A stretch of 64,000 nt of DNA. It comes from Butyricicoccus sp. Lineage in GTDB: Bacteria > Bacillota > Clostridia > Oscillospirales > Butyricicoccaceae. The position numbers and the translations under genes were made by a program. This document shows, in pieces, positions 60,852 through 64,000 of this stretch (position 1 is the first letter of the stretch; every line of letters begins with the position of its first letter). The notes beneath the pieces were generated by a model. That model saw only the letters and a program-made list of their open reading frames with translations, did no database searches and was not told the origin of the DNA. The stretch lies in assembly GCA_051887235.1 (NCBI GenBank), contig JBJEZE010000112.1:10146-74145 (forward strand), in the 5' to 3' direction.

Positions 60852-60882
60852 ACTATAAACCTTCAACCCACCTGAAGGTCAA
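60852..60882 (-). promoter_or_regulatory. MerR-type promoter/operator of amt
   Basis: TTGACC-19bp-TATAGT with dyad ACCTTCA-N7-TGAAGGT. Confidence 0.7.
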
Positions 60883-61004
60883 TAGTTTTTGGGGTATTTC
60901 TTTAAATTATACGTTTTTGATAATATTTTCGTTGCAAAATCCCGCATTTTTGTATTCCTCTACAGCTGGCAGAGAAATCCATTTTTCTCAAATCAGCGCC
61001 GTAC

Positions 61005-62579
61005 TCAGCCTGTTTTGCGCACCTCCTGCTCCTCCTGTGTGTCCAGCAGATACAGGAGCATGCGCAGGTACATCTGCTCCCGCGGATCGGACAGATCGGT
61101 GTCCATGATTTCCTCGATTTTCTTCAGGCGGTACTGGAAGGTACTCCGATGTACATACAGCTCCGCGACTGTCTCCGAGATGTTCATGTTATTGCGCAGA
61201 TACGCGTCCAGCGTCATGAGATAGCCCTTTCCGCTCTCCTCATCCAGCTTGATCAGCTTTTGCAGATTCCGTGGAATCATGGTCTCCAGAGGCAGCGAAC
61301 CGACGCCATAACGCACGGCGTAATCCAGCGCATAGTCGCAGAACGAATATACCGCTCCGCCGTGCTTGCTCGTCCGTCCCGCCTTGATCGCCGCCGCGGC
61401 CTGCAGAAAGTAATTCCGGCAGTCAAACGCCCCGGCAAACCAGCTGGACACGCCGATGCGGCAACCGTTGGAACGACTCTCCTGCAGCAGCGCTTTGCTC
61501 TGTGCGCGGGACAGCGTCTCCGCCGTGCCAACCGCAATCAGCAGATAAAACAGTCCGCCGCTGGCGAAACAAACCGAGTGCGGGATGAGTTTCTCCCATC
61601 TCCGGCAGCCGTATTCCGTACCGGTCTGCCCCGCAGCGTCCTCGCTTCCCTGCACAATGCAGCAAATATAGTTTTCCTCCGGCGTCCAGCCGCTCTTCAC
61701 CATGGACTGTTCCAGCTCTCTGCGATTGTTTTTCTTTTCCCGCACAAACGCTTTGAGCTGCGTGCGGAACCGACTGTCCAGCCCGTATTCCGAACGGGTC
61801 TTGCGGTTCAGGCACTGCGAGACATATCGTCCCAAAATGCCGAGACGCACCGAATCTCCCCGCTCCAGCGGACGGCAGCAGGCATCTACACAGATCTGCG
61901 CCTGATAGCGTCCATCCTCAAACAGATTCAGCAGCAGCGACTTGTGCGCCGAAATATACTGAAAGACAAACGGTTCGCCGTCCTGGAACACAATGTCCGG
62001 CTGCTTGAGCGCCTCTTTGATCCAGCTGTCCGCCAAATAGTCGCTGTCCCCCTCGCGGAAACAGTACGGATAACAAATGTTTCCGCTTTCTCCCACGCCG
62101 AGCAGCTGGAAGTTTCCGTTCTGCACGGTGAGCGGATTGCCGAACCAGGGAGCGCTCAGCGAACACAGCTCATCCAGCGATCCGCCGCGCAGCAGCACGC
62201 CGGTCAGTTCCTCTTCCCACCGGTTGTACCGCTCCAGAATACAGCCCAGATATTCATAGAGTGCACCCAGACCGCACGACGGCTCCAAACAGAGTACCTC
62301 ATGCTGCGTTTTTTCCATCAAACGCGACGAAAGCCGCCCCATGACAAGCATGAGACAGCTTTCACTTTCACGTCCAACAGGAAAATGATCCGGTTCGAGA
62401 AGGATGTAGGCCGTATTGTTCTTAATCGCAATCAACGGATTATAGATGGTAACATGCTTGATTTCACACTCCATTGTGCTGCCTGATATTTTTTCAGCCG
62501 TTATGGTGAATTGTGTGTTCTGCTTCAATCCCTCGTAAATGAGATAACTGTTGACAGCCAATCTTGTCACCCTTTCCAT
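61005..62579 (-). CDS. PucR/CdaR family transcriptional regulator
   Basis: C-terminal TLDAYL..N.NISETVAELYVHRSTFQYRLKKI. Confidence 0.88.
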   Translation of the reverse strand: MERVTRLAVNSYLIYEGLKQNTQFTITAEKISGSTMECEIKHVTIYNPLIAIKNNTAYILLEPDHFPVGRESESCLMLVMGRLSSRLMEKTQHEVLCLEPSCGLGALYEYLGCILERYNRWEEELTGVLLRGGSLDELCSLSAPWFGNPLTVQNGNFQLLGVGESGNICYPYCFREGDSDYLADSWIKEALKQPDIVFQDGEPFVFQYISAHKSLLLNLFEDGRYQAQICVDACCRPLERGDSVRLGILGRYVSQCLNRKTRSEYGLDSRFRTQLKAFVREKKNNRRELEQSMVKSGWTPEENYICCIVQGSEDAAGQTGTEYGCRRWEKLIPHSVCFASGGLFYLLIAVGTAETLSRAQSKALLQESRSNGCRIGVSSWFAGAFDCRNYFLQAAAAIKAGRTSKHGGAVYSFCDYALDYAVRYGVGSLPLETMIPRNLQKLIKLDEESGKGYLMTLDAYLRNNMNISETVAELYVHRSTFQYRLKKIEEIMDTDLSDPREQMYLRMLLYLLDTQEEQEVRKTG

Positions 62580-62644
62580 ATGCGATTGTTCCTGATTTTC
62601 CCAATATTCCCTACGGAATACCGGTTTATTTCTTTCATGGCTGT

Positions 62645-62706
62645 ATTATAAGCTGGACGCCGTCCAAAAGGAAGTGACACCTTTGGGAAAAAAGCAGGGT
62701 ACAATT
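62645..62706 (-). promoter_or_regulatory. promoter of the PucR gene with shared operator
   Basis: TATAAT plus GTGACAC (62674) and GGTACAATT (62698) as read on the + strand. Confidence 0.65.
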
Positions 62707-62806
62707 TTCAAAACAGCATTTTTAGCCCCATTCCCGCTCATAATTGTCCATATCCGTAAAAAGGCTGCCCGGCAAAATACACCAGGCAGCCTGTTCTGTT
62801 GCATTG

Positions 62807-63850
62807 TTAATATGCGCCGTAGGTTTTGGCCTCTTCCACCATGACCTGTGCAAAATGATCGTCCAGCAGAGCCGGATACTCGCAGCCGGTGGCCAGAATG
62901 AAACCGCCATCCTTCTTGTACGCGTCGATCTGTTCGCGGCACACCTTGCGCAGACGGTCGTCGTCCGCAACCATCAGGAAGCCCGGATCGACATGGCCAA
63001 TCAGCGTGGTAACCGAACCGTACTTCTCTTTCAGCTCGTCCATGGTAGCGCAATCCGGCGGGAGATAGAGGAACGAAATCGCCTCCGGATGCATCCGTTC
63101 GATCTGCTCCTTGAAGTAGATGCCGTCGCCGCAGTTGTGGATCATAACGGCTTTGCCCTTGGCGTGGATGTGCTCCGCCATGCGCTGCAGCGCAGCTCCC
63201 TCAAACTCATCCCACATCGACGCGCGCATGATGGTCTTGGAGGAATACAGCGTGTCCAGCATGATTGCGTCCGCGCCTGCCTCAATCAGCGCATCGCAGT
63301 ACTCGATCAGGACATCGGTGACGACGTCGATCTTTTCCTTGACGATGTCCTTGTACTTCTTTTTCATGCAGTGCATCAGCAACATTTCCAGACCGGTCAT
63401 CATGCTCAGCGTGCCCATCGGGCCAAACACAAAGGCGACAATCGGGTACTCGTCGCCCTTCTTCTCGGCCAGAATCCGGGTCGTCTCGATCATTCCGCTC
63501 ATACGCGGCGTCTCGCGCGGATTGATAGGTACGACCTTTTCGTAATCTTCCGGTGTGGTGATGAACTTGGCATTGTCGCGCGGCATAACCGCCTTGTTCG
63601 GGAAATAATCAATTTCCATACCCCAGTCCGCTGCCTCAACCGACAGGTCAACCAGCGTGCAGATGACATCCAGATCCAGCTTTTCCGTCGTCTTGATAAT
63701 CGCCTCGGCGCACTTGACCGGGTCCTTGGAGAACTCATCGTAACCGATGCCATACTCGCTCCACGCAATGCTGTTGCACAGCGGGTAAGCCGGGACATAG
63801 TCCGCTTCTTCGTGATTTAATATTTTCAGTACACGTTCCTTATGTGTCAT
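62807..63850 (-). CDS. UroD-fold methylcorrinoid methyltransferase (MT2, MtaA/MtbA/CmuA-like)
   Basis: DLSVEAAD.G, IHNCG (HxC), GGFILATGCE. Confidence 0.8.
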   Translation of the reverse strand: MTHKERVLKILNHEEADYVPAYPLCNSIAWSEYGIGYDEFSKDPVKCAEAIIKTTEKLDLDVICTLVDLSVEAADWGMEIDYFPNKAVMPRDNAKFITTPEDYEKVVPINPRETPRMSGMIETTRILAEKKGDEYPIVAFVFGPMGTLSMMTGLEMLLMHCMKKKYKDIVKEKIDVVTDVLIEYCDALIEAGADAIMLDTLYSSKTIMRASMWDEFEGAALQRMAEHIHAKGKAVMIHNCGDGIYFKEQIERMHPEAISFLYLPPDCATMDELKEKYGSVTTLIGHVDPGFLMVADDDRLRKVCREQIDAYKKDGGFILATGCEYPALLDDHFAQVMVEEAKTYGAY

Positions 63851-63898
63851 AGCGTACACTCCTTTTACACTGCAGCACTGGCTGCTTTTGATGGTTGT

Positions 63899-63960
63899 AT
63901 TATATCGTCCGTATCGGGAAAGGAAAAGTGACACCTATTATAAAAAGCAGAGGTACAATT
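63899..63960 (-). promoter_or_regulatory. promoter of the MT2-like gene with shared operator
   Basis: TATAAT plus GTGACAC (63928) and GGTACAATT (63952), same spacing as at 62645. Confidence 0.65.
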
Positions 63961-64000
63961 TCAAAAATACGTGTTTATCCGATGATTTCACTTTATTTTC

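Noticed and set aside
50440-64000. TAG-interrupted methylamine methyltransferase (mttB/mtbB/mtmB) or another Pyl-containing protein
   Set aside because: All genes here are full length and end in TAA or TGA, and there is no unexplained gap big enough. Targets must lie outside the window.

Overview
GC-rich Clostridia-like (Bacillota) chromosomal window. The first ~47 kb is mostly housekeeping: a phosphate regulon (phoP/phoR, pstSCAB, phoU, Na/Pi cotransporter), tRNA-Arg(CCG), rplU-prp-rpmA-obgE, folD/lgt/M16 peptidases, ylxM-ffh-rpsP-khpA-rimM-trmD-udp, two T-box-controlled leucine loci and a T-box-controlled shikimate operon. The right end (50.4-64 kb) holds the notable system, a pyrrolysine (amber-decoding) locus in the order pylSc-pylT-pylSn-pylC-orfX-pylD-DUF2284-ramA-like. 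No pylB and no TAG-containing methylamine methyltransferase lie inside the window. The tRNA-Pyl has C33 instead of U33, and PylSc appears to carry Ser at two substrate-pocket positions. Corrinoid-activation genes sit inside the pyl operon. Adjacent are MerR, MocR and PucR regulators, an Amt channel and an MT2/UroD-like methyltransferase. Three promoters (pylSc, PucR gene, MT2 gene) share a spacing-conserved operator layout, and amt has a classic 19-bp MerR-type promoter. Only 1 of the 64 complete genes I called ends in TAG. No CRISPR array, transposase or integrase was seen. All family assignments come from motif recognition by eye; no database search was run.
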